Assembly (NCBI GenBank): GCA_963803805.1
Contig: CAWDOD010000011.1
Span: forward strand, 256,001 to 320,000
DNA: 64,000 nt
Direction: 5' to 3'
From: an uncultured cyanobacterium
GTDB taxonomy: Bacteria > Cyanobacteriota > Cyanobacteriia > Cyanobacteriales > CAWCAG01
Shown here: in pieces, positions 51,062-60,925 of the stretch
Numbering within the stretch: the first letter of the stretch is position 1
Layout: the number at the start of each line of letters is the position of its first letter
The notes under the pieces: model-generated
The model's input: only the letters and a program-made list of their open reading frames with translations
The model's database searches: none
Told to the model about the DNA's origin: nothing
Made by a program: the position numbers and the translations under genes

Positions 51062-52097
51062 TGACATGAATGAAAACTCGGATTTTCTGTATAACCAAAT
51101 ACTAAGCTGGTTAACTGAAGAATCTAATTCAGACCAATCGTCACCTCAAGGTGGCGAACCAAATCAAGTTGATTCTGCCGAAGAATCAATTGCAGACGGG
51201 GAAATTGAGCAGTTAAATGACCTAGACAGAGGACAAAATAAAGAGCAATCTTTACCTTCTGGTTCCAAAAAACCAACTCAATCCTCTCAAAAACTCGACA
51301 TGGGAGATACAACACAAGTGAAAAACCGTTTCCAATCGCTTTTAAAGCGCAAATTACTAGCCGAAATAGAAAGTCACCCACCTTTGTTTCCTTGGGAGAC
51401 AGAAAATTCTAGCTATGAATCCGAAAGTAGTGACTCTGTGATCAATAACTTAGTTCCTTTCCAAAGATTGTGGATGCCCCAACTAAGTAATTTAGGATTA
51501 CCTAAAAAGATCCTTGTTCAGTTGTTAGATGCTTGTTCAACTGCTATGCAATCCCACAGGCCTGAAGGGGCTAAAATGGTACAAGCTGTTAGTGCTTTAT
51601 TTCCTAAGCAGTTTCAGTCCCTTAACCAAATGGCTGGAATTGTCTTACTAAGCAGCCCTGCTCGCGGTACAGAATTGGATTTACCTTCAAGGGATTATGA
51701 TACAGCGACAACTCAGCAACAAATGGCCATGTCTTTAATTGCTGCTAGGGAAATTATTAATAATCTCACCATTAATCTTTCTCCTAATCAGCCCTCAGTG
51801 GAACGTCAGTGGCAAACTACAGTTGGTTTAGTTGGTTTGGAAGCTGAGTATCAATCTGCAAAAGAAGAGGGTTCTGTCTCTTCTAAGGCATCTTTGAGGG
51901 TTAATGTTAGGCTTCCTAAAGGAGGTAGTGTGACTTTACAGACACCCCAAGAATCGGCCAAGGCTGAACGTACCTACCCTGGACATCTCAGTGTAGAGTT
52001 GTTTGACTGGCAACCAGGACAAATCTACTCCTTAGAAATTCGTTTGTTTGATCCAGACCAAACTCCTTTAAACTTTGTTTTAGCAATTAGTGAATAG
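51054..52097 (+). CDS. patU: PatU-family protein
   Basis: MNSD start overlaps the hetZ stop; V..RFQ.LLKRKL..EI..HPPLFPWE motif. Confidence 0.72.
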   Translation: MNSDMNENSDFLYNQILSWLTEESNSDQSSPQGGEPNQVDSAEESIADGEIEQLNDLDRGQNKEQSLPSGSKKPTQSSQKLDMGDTTQVKNRFQSLLKRKLLAEIESHPPLFPWETENSSYESESSDSVINNLVPFQRLWMPQLSNLGLPKKILVQLLDACSTAMQSHRPEGAKMVQAVSALFPKQFQSLNQMAGIVLLSSPARGTELDLPSRDYDTATTQQQMAMSLIAAREIINNLTINLSPNQPSVERQWQTTVGLVGLEAEYQSAKEEGSVSSKASLRVNVRLPKGGSVTLQTPQESAKAERTYPGHLSVELFDWQPGQIYSLEIRLFDPDQTPLNFVLAISE

Positions 52098-52199
52098 TTT
52101 TCTGGGCAGTTACAGGTTAAAAATAGGGAAGGTTGAAAGGTACGAAGAATAATTTGTACCCTGTAACTTATAGACCTTTTAAAGCTGCAACTGCGACCT

Positions 52200-54530
52200 G
52201 TGAAAACTTTGCGACTACAACATCTACCTCTAGTTAGGAAAATCTGGCAGCGTCTGGAGACAATGCCTTTACCACCAACAGAGGAATCTATCCTGCTACG
52301 GATATTAGTCCAGGGATTGGTAGCTGTAGGCATTGTCGCTACAGATGTGGCTGCGGGTACTCAATTAAGCTTGTGGGCTATACCTTTAAGCTGTGTCGGT
52401 GCTATTTGGAGTTGGTATCGACGGCGTAAGCGCAATGTTATGGTGAAGTTTCTTCTTGCCATAGGTATGTTACTAGCTATGGCTAGTTTTTTTGGGAATT
52501 TATTTTCTAGTTTGAATGATACTCGCCTTGTCCTAGCTGAGTTATTAATTCAACTACAAGTTCTTCACAGTTTTGATTTACCTCGGCGTAAAGATTTAGG
52601 CTACTCCATGATTATTGGGTTAATCCTTTTGGGGGTAGCTGGTACGGTTTCGCAAACTTTAGCTTTTGCACCCCTGTTATTTCTGTTCTTAGTTTTTGCT
52701 CTACCTGTTTTAGTTTTAGATTATCGTTCCCGTTTGGGGTTAGTTGAAGAAAAAAGGAGGAGAAAAAACTCTAGTGAACAGGATTTAAGGGAAGGGGATA
52801 GAAAACTGTCTCTTTCTAGTCTTAAGTCTTCCCTTTTTGTTATTCTTTCTCCCCAACGTTGGCTTTTTTTGCTAGGAACTATTTTGGTTTTAGGGTTGAC
52901 TATTTTTCTTCTGATGCCTCGTTTTCCTGGTTATCAACTCCAAAGTTTTCCTGTTAGTGCGCCAATAGATTTAGATAACAAAAGTTTTGAGCAACAAAAT
53001 CAGGGTATTGTTAATCCTGGTTATGGCAACCAAGAAAATGGTGACGGAGAAGGTAGCGGTAGTGGCGAAACAGAAGCCCCAGGAGAGATAGATGATACCT
53101 TTTACTATGGCTTTAATAGTCAGATTAACCAAAATCTCCGGGGAGAAATGACTCCCAAGGTGGTTTTGCGGATACGCTCCCAAGCACCAGGTTTTTGGCG
53201 GGTAATGGCATTTGATCGCTACACTGGCAAAGGGTGGAAAGTTTCTCGTGAAGATAAGTTAATTCAAATTGAGCGCCCTAGCTGGTCTTATCAATTTTAT
53301 CTTTCTCCTCCCCGTACCACAGCACCAACTAAGCGAGTAATTCAAAGTTATACAACAGTTACTGAGTTACCTAATATTATTCCGGCTTTAACTTATCCTA
53401 AGCAACTTTATTTTCCTGCCAAACAAGTTGCTATAGATTTAGAAGGGAGTTTGCGATCGCCCCTTGGTTTAGTAGAAGGATTGACCTATACAGTAATTTC
53501 AGAAGTACCTATTCGCGATCGCAGTTTATTGAGGAAGGCTTCAGAGGAATATCCAGAGAAGATCGAAGAGTATTATTTACAAATTCCTCCAGAAATCCTA
53601 ACTAAGGTGAAGCAGCGAACAGAAGAACTTTTAGCTAAATCCCCTAATCCCCTAACTTCCAGTTACGAAAAAGCCCTTTATCTTGCCCAAGCTATCAAGC
53701 AAAGTTATGAAGTTAAAACTGATTTACCCTTTTTTGAGAAAGATGAGGATTTAGTAGAGGCTTTTCTATTTCGCCATCAAGGAGGCTACCCAGATCATTT
53801 TGCTACCGCCTATACTATGATGCTTCGTTCGGTAGGTATACCTGCCCGGTTAGAAGTCGGTTTCGCCACTGGACAGTTTAACCCTTTTACTGGACTTTAT
53901 GTGGTTAAAAATACAGATGCCCATGCTTTAACAGAAGTTTATTTTGGTGATTACGGTTGGTATGCTTTTGATCCTATTCCTGGCCATGAAATAGTCCCTC
54001 CTTCTATTGAAGAAGTGGAAACCTTCAGTGCATTACAACAATTTTGGCGTTTGATTGCTGGTTGGTTGCCTTCCCCTGTGACTAGCTTTTTGGGGGAAGT
54101 TTGGCAGCAAGTTATTGTGAGGATAATTCGCTCTATTGCTTGGTTGTGGAGATTTTTCTCTAGTACTTGGCTTGGCTTGTTTACAGGTATTATGGCCGCT
54201 ATTGGCTTTAGTTTTCTGACTTGGTTAGGTTGGAATCAACTGCAAGCTTGGGCCCGTCGTCGTTGGCTAGCTAAGTTAGCGCCTATGGAAAGATTGTATC
54301 AACAAATGCTCAAATTATCTGCTGAGCAAGGATATCCTAAAAACCCTGCCCAAACCCCTTTGGAATATGCCCAAAGTGTACGGGGAAATTTGCAAAGTGT
54401 TAGGGCTGATATCATTGAAGAGATTTGTCAAGGATATGTAGGCTGGCGTTATGGGGATAAGACACAAAATGTTTCCTATTTGCAAGGGCAGCTACAAGCA
54501 TTACGGCGTAGTCTCAGAAGAATCAATTAA
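52200..54530 (+). CDS. TgpA-like transglutaminase-domain membrane protein (DUF3488 / TGc / DUF4129)
   Basis: FWRVMAFDRYTG, DHFATA...LRSVGIPARL..GF, AHALTEVYF..YGW..FDP and QTPLEYA. Confidence 0.85.
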   Translation: MKTLRLQHLPLVRKIWQRLETMPLPPTEESILLRILVQGLVAVGIVATDVAAGTQLSLWAIPLSCVGAIWSWYRRRKRNVMVKFLLAIGMLLAMASFFGNLFSSLNDTRLVLAELLIQLQVLHSFDLPRRKDLGYSMIIGLILLGVAGTVSQTLAFAPLLFLFLVFALPVLVLDYRSRLGLVEEKRRRKNSSEQDLREGDRKLSLSSLKSSLFVILSPQRWLFLLGTILVLGLTIFLLMPRFPGYQLQSFPVSAPIDLDNKSFEQQNQGIVNPGYGNQENGDGEGSGSGETEAPGEIDDTFYYGFNSQINQNLRGEMTPKVVLRIRSQAPGFWRVMAFDRYTGKGWKVSREDKLIQIERPSWSYQFYLSPPRTTAPTKRVIQSYTTVTELPNIIPALTYPKQLYFPAKQVAIDLEGSLRSPLGLVEGLTYTVISEVPIRDRSLLRKASEEYPEKIEEYYLQIPPEILTKVKQRTEELLAKSPNPLTSSYEKALYLAQAIKQSYEVKTDLPFFEKDEDLVEAFLFRHQGGYPDHFATAYTMMLRSVGIPARLEVGFATGQFNPFTGLYVVKNTDAHALTEVYFGDYGWYAFDPIPGHEIVPPSIEEVETFSALQQFWRLIAGWLPSPVTSFLGEVWQQVIVRIIRSIAWLWRFFSSTWLGLFTGIMAAIGFSFLTWLGWNQLQAWARRRWLAKLAPMERLYQQMLKLSAEQGYPKNPAQTPLEYAQSVRGNLQSVRADIIEEICQGYVGWRYGDKTQNVSYLQGQLQALRRSLRRIN

Positions 54531-55453
54531 TCAGGTACATTGACAGCACCATTTTTCTGCAAATATTGTTTCTGTTCTTCTGTCAATCCTTTAGCATCAG
54601 TAAAGATTGCTTCTCTTACCTCAGCATCTGTTAAATCTACTTCAGCTAAAACACTATTTTCAAAGTTAGCATTCTGTAAATTAGCACTTCTGAAATTAAT
54701 TTGTGATAAAGTTGCTCTTTCTAATTTAGCATCAAATAAAGAGGCAGAGGTAAAGTCAATTTGTGTTAAAGTGCTGCCTTGTAACATGGCTTCTGATAAT
54801 TCTGCTTGTTGTAAAATTACCGCTCTCAAATTAGCTTCAGCTAAGTTAGCAGCAAAAAGATTTGCTTGAGTTAAATCAGCTTCAGCTAAGTAAGCATGAA
54901 TAAAGGTAGCCGCTTCTAAATTAGCTTCGCGCCAAATTGTTGCCAATAAATTTGCTCCCTCAAACCGAGCTTTTCTTAAGTTAGCATGGCTAAAATTAGC
55001 TTGGGGAAAGTTAGACATACTCAAATTTGCTTTGCTTAACTCAGCATTACTAAAGTTAGCGGCTTTTCCTTTTGCTTCACGAAAATCTGCTCTTTCTAAA
55101 ACCGCAGCCGTTGCCGCAATATTATCTAAAATAGCGCCGTAAAAGTTAGCAGATTTTGCTTGAATATGGTTCATAATAGCGCCACTAAAATCAGCATTGG
55201 TTAAAGTAGCTTCGTTAAAGTTAGCACCAGCTAAGGAAGCCTGACTAAAGTTAGCAAAAATCAAAGTAGCTTCAGAGAAATTAGTTTCTTGACAAGAGGT
55301 TTTAGTGAAGTTAGATCGACGCAAGTAAGCTTTACTAAAATCGCCTCGGTCTAGGTTTTTACCTTCAAGATCAACTTTACTTAGTTCTGCTTTAGCTAAG
55401 GATTCTCCTTTTTGGATTTTGGCAACTATTTCACTGGCAGTAAATAGAGTCAT
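54527..55453 (-). CDS. Pentapeptide repeat protein
   Basis: Continuous A(N/D/E)(L/F)xx repeats. Confidence 0.9.
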   Translation of the reverse strand: MTLFTASEIVAKIQKGESLAKAELSKVDLEGKNLDRGDFSKAYLRRSNFTKTSCQETNFSEATLIFANFSQASLAGANFNEATLTNADFSGAIMNHIQAKSANFYGAILDNIAATAAVLERADFREAKGKAANFSNAELSKANLSMSNFPQANFSHANLRKARFEGANLLATIWREANLEAATFIHAYLAEADLTQANLFAANLAEANLRAVILQQAELSEAMLQGSTLTQIDFTSASLFDAKLERATLSQINFRSANLQNANFENSVLAEVDLTDAEVREAIFTDAKGLTEEQKQYLQKNGAVNVPD

Positions 55454-55477
55454 AATGATGCTTTTGAAAAGACAAAT

Positions 55478-56557
55478 TTATTTATTTAACTTATAGTAAT
55501 CTTGCAACCACTGAGTTAAGTCGCTATTAGTTTGAAAATTCCACATAGCTTCTCCTAAATCTTCTAATTCTTGAGCTTCTAAGGCTTCAATAGAAGTAAT
55601 AGCTTCTGAGGTTAATTCTCCAAAACGGCGCTCAATTTGCCGTAATAACAAGCTTCTTTCGCCTTCGATTTTTCCTTCTTCTAAACCTTGTTGCAATCCC
55701 TGTTGTAACCCTTCTTCTAAACCTTGTTGTAACCCTTCTTCTAATCCCTGTTGTAACCCTTCTTCTAATCCCTGTTGTAACCCTTCTTCTAATCCCTGTT
55801 GTAACCCTTCTTCTAATCCCTGTTGTAACCCTTCTTCTAAACCTTGTTTTTTAGCAAAAATCATTGCACCTTGACGATCAGCAATGAACATTTCCTGTTT
55901 ATGTAATTTCTCTAATTCTTCTACACTCAAGCTAGCTTGATTAGCAATGTTCAAGGCTTTTTCTATTTGTGGTATCTGTCCCATTTTTTCTGGTATTACT
56001 TCTAAGTTTTGCGCTTCTTTAATAAAGTAGATCCATTTATCCGTAACACTTTCTAAATCTTCTAGTTTTTTGTTAAACTTAGGCAATTCTACAAATACTA
56101 GCTTTAATTCCTCTTCCTGATAAGCAATTTTTTCTTCTTCTTCTTGAAAATGGAAACGAGTAATTACTTTCTGGCTTGAAGAAAATAAAGTAAAGTCAGT
56201 GATAGTTAAAGCAATTACTGGTGCAAGATCAGAATATCCCTGTCCAGATTTAAGTTGATTACCGTAGGTTTTGCAGAGGTTGTAAACTACTCGTTTTTTA
56301 AAAGCCTCTACGTTCCAGATTTGCATCTCGATGATGACGCTTGTGCCATCATTTAATACTGCTTTAACGTCAAGATAACTATCTTTTAAATCAACGATAT
56401 CACTAGGGTTATAGGGGTCAATAATTTTCAAATCTTCAATGACAGCATCACCGGAGTAAATGGTGGCATTGAGGAAGGAAATGAGAATATCTTTACTTTC
56501 ATCGGAACTAAATATTTTTTTGAAAGCAAAGTCAGTTTTAGGTGAGATGAATCTCAT
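55478..56557 (-). CDS. Rpn-family PD-(D/E)XK nuclease (putative transposase) with repeat linker and DUF4351-like tail
   Basis: MRFISPKTDFAFKKIF, LDVKA, IIEMQ, FVELPKF and DKWIYF; tail LLLRQIERRFG...LE.LGEA...F....DL..WL. Confidence 0.9.
   Translation of the reverse strand: MRFISPKTDFAFKKIFSSDESKDILISFLNATIYSGDAVIEDLKIIDPYNPSDIVDLKDSYLDVKAVLNDGTSVIIEMQIWNVEAFKKRVVYNLCKTYGNQLKSGQGYSDLAPVIALTITDFTLFSSSQKVITRFHFQEEEEKIAYQEEELKLVFVELPKFNKKLEDLESVTDKWIYFIKEAQNLEVIPEKMGQIPQIEKALNIANQASLSVEELEKLHKQEMFIADRQGAMIFAKKQGLEEGLQQGLEEGLQQGLEEGLQQGLEEGLQQGLEEGLQQGLEEGLQQGLQQGLEEGKIEGERSLLLRQIERRFGELTSEAITSIEALEAQELEDLGEAMWNFQTNSDLTQWLQDYYKLNK
55673..55846 (-). repeat. 24-bp coding tandem repeat (GLEEGLQQ x6 plus partial units)
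   Basis: Plus-strand unit CCCTGTTGTAACCCTTCTTCTAAT. Confidence 0.92.
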
Positions 56558-56684
56558 TGGGGTGAGGATAATATAGCTAGTTGTTATACACTTATTTTAA
56601 GCCAGCTAGCTTCTGAAACCTGAAGCAGTTGCTTGATAGTTATTGCCCTGCATTTATGGGATAGAAAGACTGGGCAACCACTAC

Positions 56685-56787
56685 TAAGCTGTCAGGCATT
56701 TAATTTACTTATTAGGTTTGATGGGGAGAGGGTTTTAGGGCTTATTTCCTAGTTGAGTAATACACAGTTTAAATGCACATCAGCTTA
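56685..56787. mobile_element. TA-flanked MITE, copy B (103 bp)
   Basis: Matches 25697-25807 except for an 8-bp indel (ATAGGGGG). Confidence 0.85.
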
Positions 56788-56809
56788 GCAGGAAACACTA
56801 TCCTTAAGT

Positions 56810-57259
56810 TTAAGTTGTTTTGACTAAGACAGAACCCTCTTCTTCTTTCACTTCATAGGTTGCTAAAGGTTCTTGGGCAGGGCCTTTCAGTACTTCTCCA
56901 TCGGGGGCAAACTGGGAACCATGACAAGGGCAAACTAAATTTTTAGCCTCAGCATTCCACTCTACAGTACAACCTTGATGGGTACACATTGGGCTAACAG
57001 CAGCTAGACTGTTATCTTCGTTGCGGACTACGATTAAGTCGTTTTTCTTTTGTAAAAGGTAGCCTGCTTCATCTAATTCAGTGGTTGTACCAGCGACAAT
57101 AAAGCCATCTTCGCGAGGGCCTTCAGCAGCAGGAGTTTCTTCCGGGGAGGTTTCCGTTTCTGCTTCTTCGGCTTCAGGACTACAAGCTGCGATCGCAACG
57201 GGTAAAGAACTAGCTAAAATACCAACACTAACCCAACCTAAAAATTTACGACGTTCCAT
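56810..57259 (-). CDS. Small Rieske [2Fe-2S] protein, Tat-exported lipoprotein (PetC3-like)
   Basis: MERRKFL Tat motif, IAAC lipobox, CTHQGC and CPCHGS. Confidence 0.88.
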   Translation of the reverse strand: MERRKFLGWVSVGILASSLPVAIAACSPEAEEAETETSPEETPAAEGPREDGFIVAGTTTELDEAGYLLQKKNDLIVVRNEDNSLAAVSPMCTHQGCTVEWNAEAKNLVCPCHGSQFAPDGEVLKGPAQEPLATYEVKEEEGSVLVKTT

Positions 57260-57285
57260 AAGTGTTTCTCCTCAATTTTAAGTTA

Positions 57286-59004
57286 TTAATTATCAACCTT
57301 CAACTTTAACTGTCCCATCATATCTGTTTCTGCTGGTTTTTTACGATTGAACCAACCCTTATGACGTACTGTTGCTGCCAAGACAAAGAGTAAATCTAAA
57401 CCCACTAAACCAGCTACCATTAACTCCGAACCCCCCGTACTGAAACCGTAGCTGTGCAAACCAGTACCCAGAAAAAAGTTTACTCCATACCAGGCCATTA
57501 ATACAGCATTGAAACATACTACACTAGCTACTGCCATACCAAAGTTAGTTAGCCAACCAATGAGACGGCCATGTAAGGGGACAATGTAGGAGATTAAGGC
57601 AATTAAGGCCCAGGTTTCTTTTGGGTCCCAACCCCAGAAACGTCCCCAGGAGAAATGCGCCCAGATGCCGCCGAGAATTACCCCTGCGGTGAGAAGTAGG
57701 ACTCCTACTTGTAAAACGCCATAATTCCATTTAGAGAGGTTTTTAATTTTTTCTGTAGCTTGGGGGGCGAAGAGATAGTAGCCCAGGATGATGTGACCTA
57801 AGCCTAAAGCGAGGGCAAAGCTGGCATAGCTTAGGGTGATAGTGGGGACGTGGATGCTTAACCAGAAGTTATCCCGCAAAACCGGAACTAAGGGTTTGAT
57901 GCTAGGATCAAGGACAGCAGGGAGACTGTCGGCTAAAACTAAGCAAACAACGGATAGGGGGGCTGCTGCCAGGAGGTAGTATTTGGCACGATAAATTAGT
58001 TCAAAAACTAAAGCGATCGCCGCTAAACCAAAACCGACCCAAATTACCGACTCGTACATATTGGTAACAGGAGGCCGGCCGGCAATTTGCATTCTTTCCC
58101 AAAAACCGTAGCTATGAATGGCAATACCAACTACAAAGATGCCTATTGTTCCCCAGTAGAAGTTGAATTTCTCTACCCCTACTACTAATAGCATGATTGC
58201 AAAGGCGATCGCATATAGTCGCCAAGCTTTGGCAAAGGGATGTAAGCCGTAGAAGTTAACTTCCCGTTGCAGGAGGGCGTGATTAGGATAAATTTCTGGA
58301 CTAAGGGCGCGGAGTTTATCTTGTAATTTGCCACCAAGTTCACCCAAAACTTGGTAATGTTCAGGGCTAGAGAGATAAACTTGTTTCAACATTTCATAGT
58401 CAGCAAGTACCGGGGCAACCTGTTGGGCTTGGTAATATTGGGTTGCTTGCTTCAAACCTACCCACTTTCCTTTAATATCGCTGGGGTGGGGTACTAAAGG
58501 TAATTTGTTTACCCCCACTGTGTCAACCAGCAAAGCCAATCTATCTTCAATGGTTAAAGCTTCCCTCTCATCCCTAGTTAAGTCGAGGTTGTCAGCTTCC
58601 TTTTGCCTTGCATCGAGGATAACGGAACCTAAACTGGAACTAATTAACTCTTGGAAAGTAAAATACTTACGTTCAGGATCTAGTCCTACTTTCTCTTTGA
58701 GGGGACGGTAGCTAAAGAGAATAAAGGGTTCTTGATTCCAATCTCGGTCATTAAACCACAAAGAAAGGTAGGTTTGCAGATAACCTAATGTTTCCCCATT
58801 TTTGGGGCGATAGTTGGCACGACCATGAATTTGCGCTACAGTTTCCTGGGCTACTGTGGCTAAAGGCTTTTTACGTCCATCTAGTTGCACTGCCATAGTT
58901 TCTAGGGATTCCCAAGAGGAGGCTTGAAACTGGCTAAAGGGAATCAGGATTAAGAAGATGCCTAAACAGAGTCCGATGATGAATTTGAGTGGTTTGTTAA
59001 TCAT
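57286..59004 (-). CDS. ccsA: Large cytochrome c synthase CcsA (system II)
   Basis: WGRFWGWDPKETW (WWD motif), WLSIHV, GLHSYG and N-terminal DGRKKP; start taken as MINKP. Confidence 0.85.
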   Translation of the reverse strand: MINKPLKFIIGLCLGIFLILIPFSQFQASSWESLETMAVQLDGRKKPLATVAQETVAQIHGRANYRPKNGETLGYLQTYLSLWFNDRDWNQEPFILFSYRPLKEKVGLDPERKYFTFQELISSSLGSVILDARQKEADNLDLTRDEREALTIEDRLALLVDTVGVNKLPLVPHPSDIKGKWVGLKQATQYYQAQQVAPVLADYEMLKQVYLSSPEHYQVLGELGGKLQDKLRALSPEIYPNHALLQREVNFYGLHPFAKAWRLYAIAFAIMLLVVGVEKFNFYWGTIGIFVVGIAIHSYGFWERMQIAGRPPVTNMYESVIWVGFGLAAIALVFELIYRAKYYLLAAAPLSVVCLVLADSLPAVLDPSIKPLVPVLRDNFWLSIHVPTITLSYASFALALGLGHIILGYYLFAPQATEKIKNLSKWNYGVLQVGVLLLTAGVILGGIWAHFSWGRFWGWDPKETWALIALISYIVPLHGRLIGWLTNFGMAVASVVCFNAVLMAWYGVNFFLGTGLHSYGFSTGGSELMVAGLVGLDLLFVLAATVRHKGWFNRKKPAETDMMGQLKLKVDN

Positions 59005-59070
59005 ATTTATTGTAGGTTGCAGGTATTTGGAATTGGGGGAATAGCGTCTAGCAAAAGTAATAAGTTGTAG

Positions 59071-59125
59071 GGGCGATCCGTTTCCCAAATATTGTTGATA
59101 AATCAAGGTTTGAATTGGATCGCCC
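59071..59125. repeat. REP-like inverted repeat between ccsB and ccsA
   Basis: GGGCGATCC ... GGATCGCCC, preceded by GTAG; a similar element lies at 44526-44579. Confidence 0.55.
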
Positions 59126-59140
59126 TTAATCTCCAGTCCC

Positions 59141-60922
59141 TCAATTGACGGTTAGCAATGGCTTGGTTTGTGCTTCTGTTGGAGTTGGGTTTGGCTGTTC
59201 GGTTAGGGCAGGTTTGGGTTTTAGTTTTTTAACTAATACTGGGCCGTAGAACATTACGGCAATGCCTATAACTACTAAGGCTGAACCTATCCAAGTTAAA
59301 GCTGTTACCCAAGCAGGTTCTCGCTTTACCTGTAGGGTTGACTGGCGTAAATCTCCGGGATTCCAGGAGGCTTGGGCAATTTTCCAGCCTTGATACCAAG
59401 TGGGATGATTCATCCAGACTTTGCGTTGTTGAGTTAAGCCAGTTTGAGGATCTTGCAGGCGGATTTGACTTGTCCACATGGCTACAGATTCGCTGCCTTC
59501 ATTCCGTTCCACAATAAAGTCTTCAAGCTGAATATTAAAGGGAAGTTGCAAGACTTTCGGGCTAAAGGCTGCAAAAATATCCCCTGCTGTATCATTGATA
59601 GTGGTTGCTTCTCCCCAAGGCAACCAGGTTTGCGTTCCAGTTTCCGTTCCTACCAACAGGGCAGGAACCCCTTCAAAGTTAGGATTATCAACAGGTACAA
59701 CTTGACGCTTAAGCTGGGCTTGAGGCATAAATTCTTCTAAGGTGATTTGGAAATCTGCCCAACCGGGAGTGATAACTTGACCAACTTCTAAGGAACCAGA
59801 TTTGAAACCACGGGAAGATTGCGCACTGTAAAAAAGTTGCTTGTCTGGGGTGGTTATGACACGGAAATAGTCTTCTGGGGTGGGAGGTTGAACGGTGTAG
59901 CTGATTTTAATTCCTTGGATTGCTTCCCCGGAAACTAAGCTACGAATCGGTTCAAAGTTATTGCCAAAAACAAACCAACGTTCTGTTCCCGTTGCGGTAG
60001 TTAGTTCTAACTGTACAGCAGGGTTGTTGAAGTTTTGGGAAGCGGTGGCTGGTTGGTTGTTGCTATTTAATCTAAAGTCTGGCCAGAAGTCAACCACTTT
60101 AACTTTGAGGTTGTTAGCAAGTTTGCTTGTGTTGCCAATACTTGTTTTAACATCTAAATCTAATTCTTTATCCCCTGCAACTATTTGTAAGTCACCCCAG
60201 GGGCTAGAATCTTTATTTTGGGGTGTGTTTAAATACTTTTGTAGTTCTGCTTCACTAGCAACAGCAATAATCTCTAACTGGGCTGGGCCAATTGTCATCT
60301 GACTGTAACTAGCGGGGGCAACGGCTAAGGAACGTTCTACCGTTTGTCCCATGCGATCGCTAGTTAAACTCAATCTTACTCCAGGATTAACAACCGTTGC
60401 TCCTGGGATAAAGCTAGCGGTTTGCATGGTATTTTCACTATAACTAAGTAAGGAAAGACCTGCAAAGCTTTGAGGATAAACTTTACCGCTAGCTTTAACA
60501 AATACATCGGTTTGTTGTATTTGCCCTTGGGGATTCATTACTTCCAGTAATTCCCCTTCAACACGAATCTGATTATTGGGGCCACTGTCAGTCCGCAACA
60601 GAGTTAAACCTTCTAGTCCTAAATGAATTACGGCTGCTGAACCAGCGATGATAACAATTAAGCCTAAATGAGTTAAAGCAAAACCTACTTTGCGCGGTCC
60701 TCGCCAGGGATAGCGACTTAAAGCAGAAACTCCTAAGTTTATGGCTAAAAGAAACATCAAAGCCCCAAACCAAGGACTTTTATAAACGGCTTGTTGTACG
60801 GTAGCAGAACCAACTTCTGATTCATAAAATGTTGCACCAATCAAAATAGCAGTAATGGCACATAAGAGAGGAACTGCTAACTTAATAGAACCAAGAAAAC
60901 TAAAAGATTTTTTATTCATCAC
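59141..60922 (-). CDS. ccsB: ResB/CcsB-like cytochrome c biogenesis protein
   Basis: S.KLA..L, Y.SPWF...NL, GFALTHLG, MNHP..YQGW...Q.SW and C-terminal TM. Confidence 0.75.
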   Translation of the reverse strand: MMNKKSFSFLGSIKLAVPLLCAITAILIGATFYESEVGSATVQQAVYKSPWFGALMFLLAINLGVSALSRYPWRGPRKVGFALTHLGLIVIIAGSAAVIHLGLEGLTLLRTDSGPNNQIRVEGELLEVMNPQGQIQQTDVFVKASGKVYPQSFAGLSLLSYSENTMQTASFIPGATVVNPGVRLSLTSDRMGQTVERSLAVAPASYSQMTIGPAQLEIIAVASEAELQKYLNTPQNKDSSPWGDLQIVAGDKELDLDVKTSIGNTSKLANNLKVKVVDFWPDFRLNSNNQPATASQNFNNPAVQLELTTATGTERWFVFGNNFEPIRSLVSGEAIQGIKISYTVQPPTPEDYFRVITTPDKQLFYSAQSSRGFKSGSLEVGQVITPGWADFQITLEEFMPQAQLKRQVVPVDNPNFEGVPALLVGTETGTQTWLPWGEATTINDTAGDIFAAFSPKVLQLPFNIQLEDFIVERNEGSESVAMWTSQIRLQDPQTGLTQQRKVWMNHPTWYQGWKIAQASWNPGDLRQSTLQVKREPAWVTALTWIGSALVVIGIAVMFYGPVLVKKLKPKPALTEQPNPTPTEAQTKPLLTVN

Positions 60923-60925
60923 TTA

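Noticed and set aside
59005-59106. 34-aa N-terminal extension of CcsA in the ORF track
   Set aside because: It runs through a REP-like element; the signal-like sequence begins at ATG 59004.
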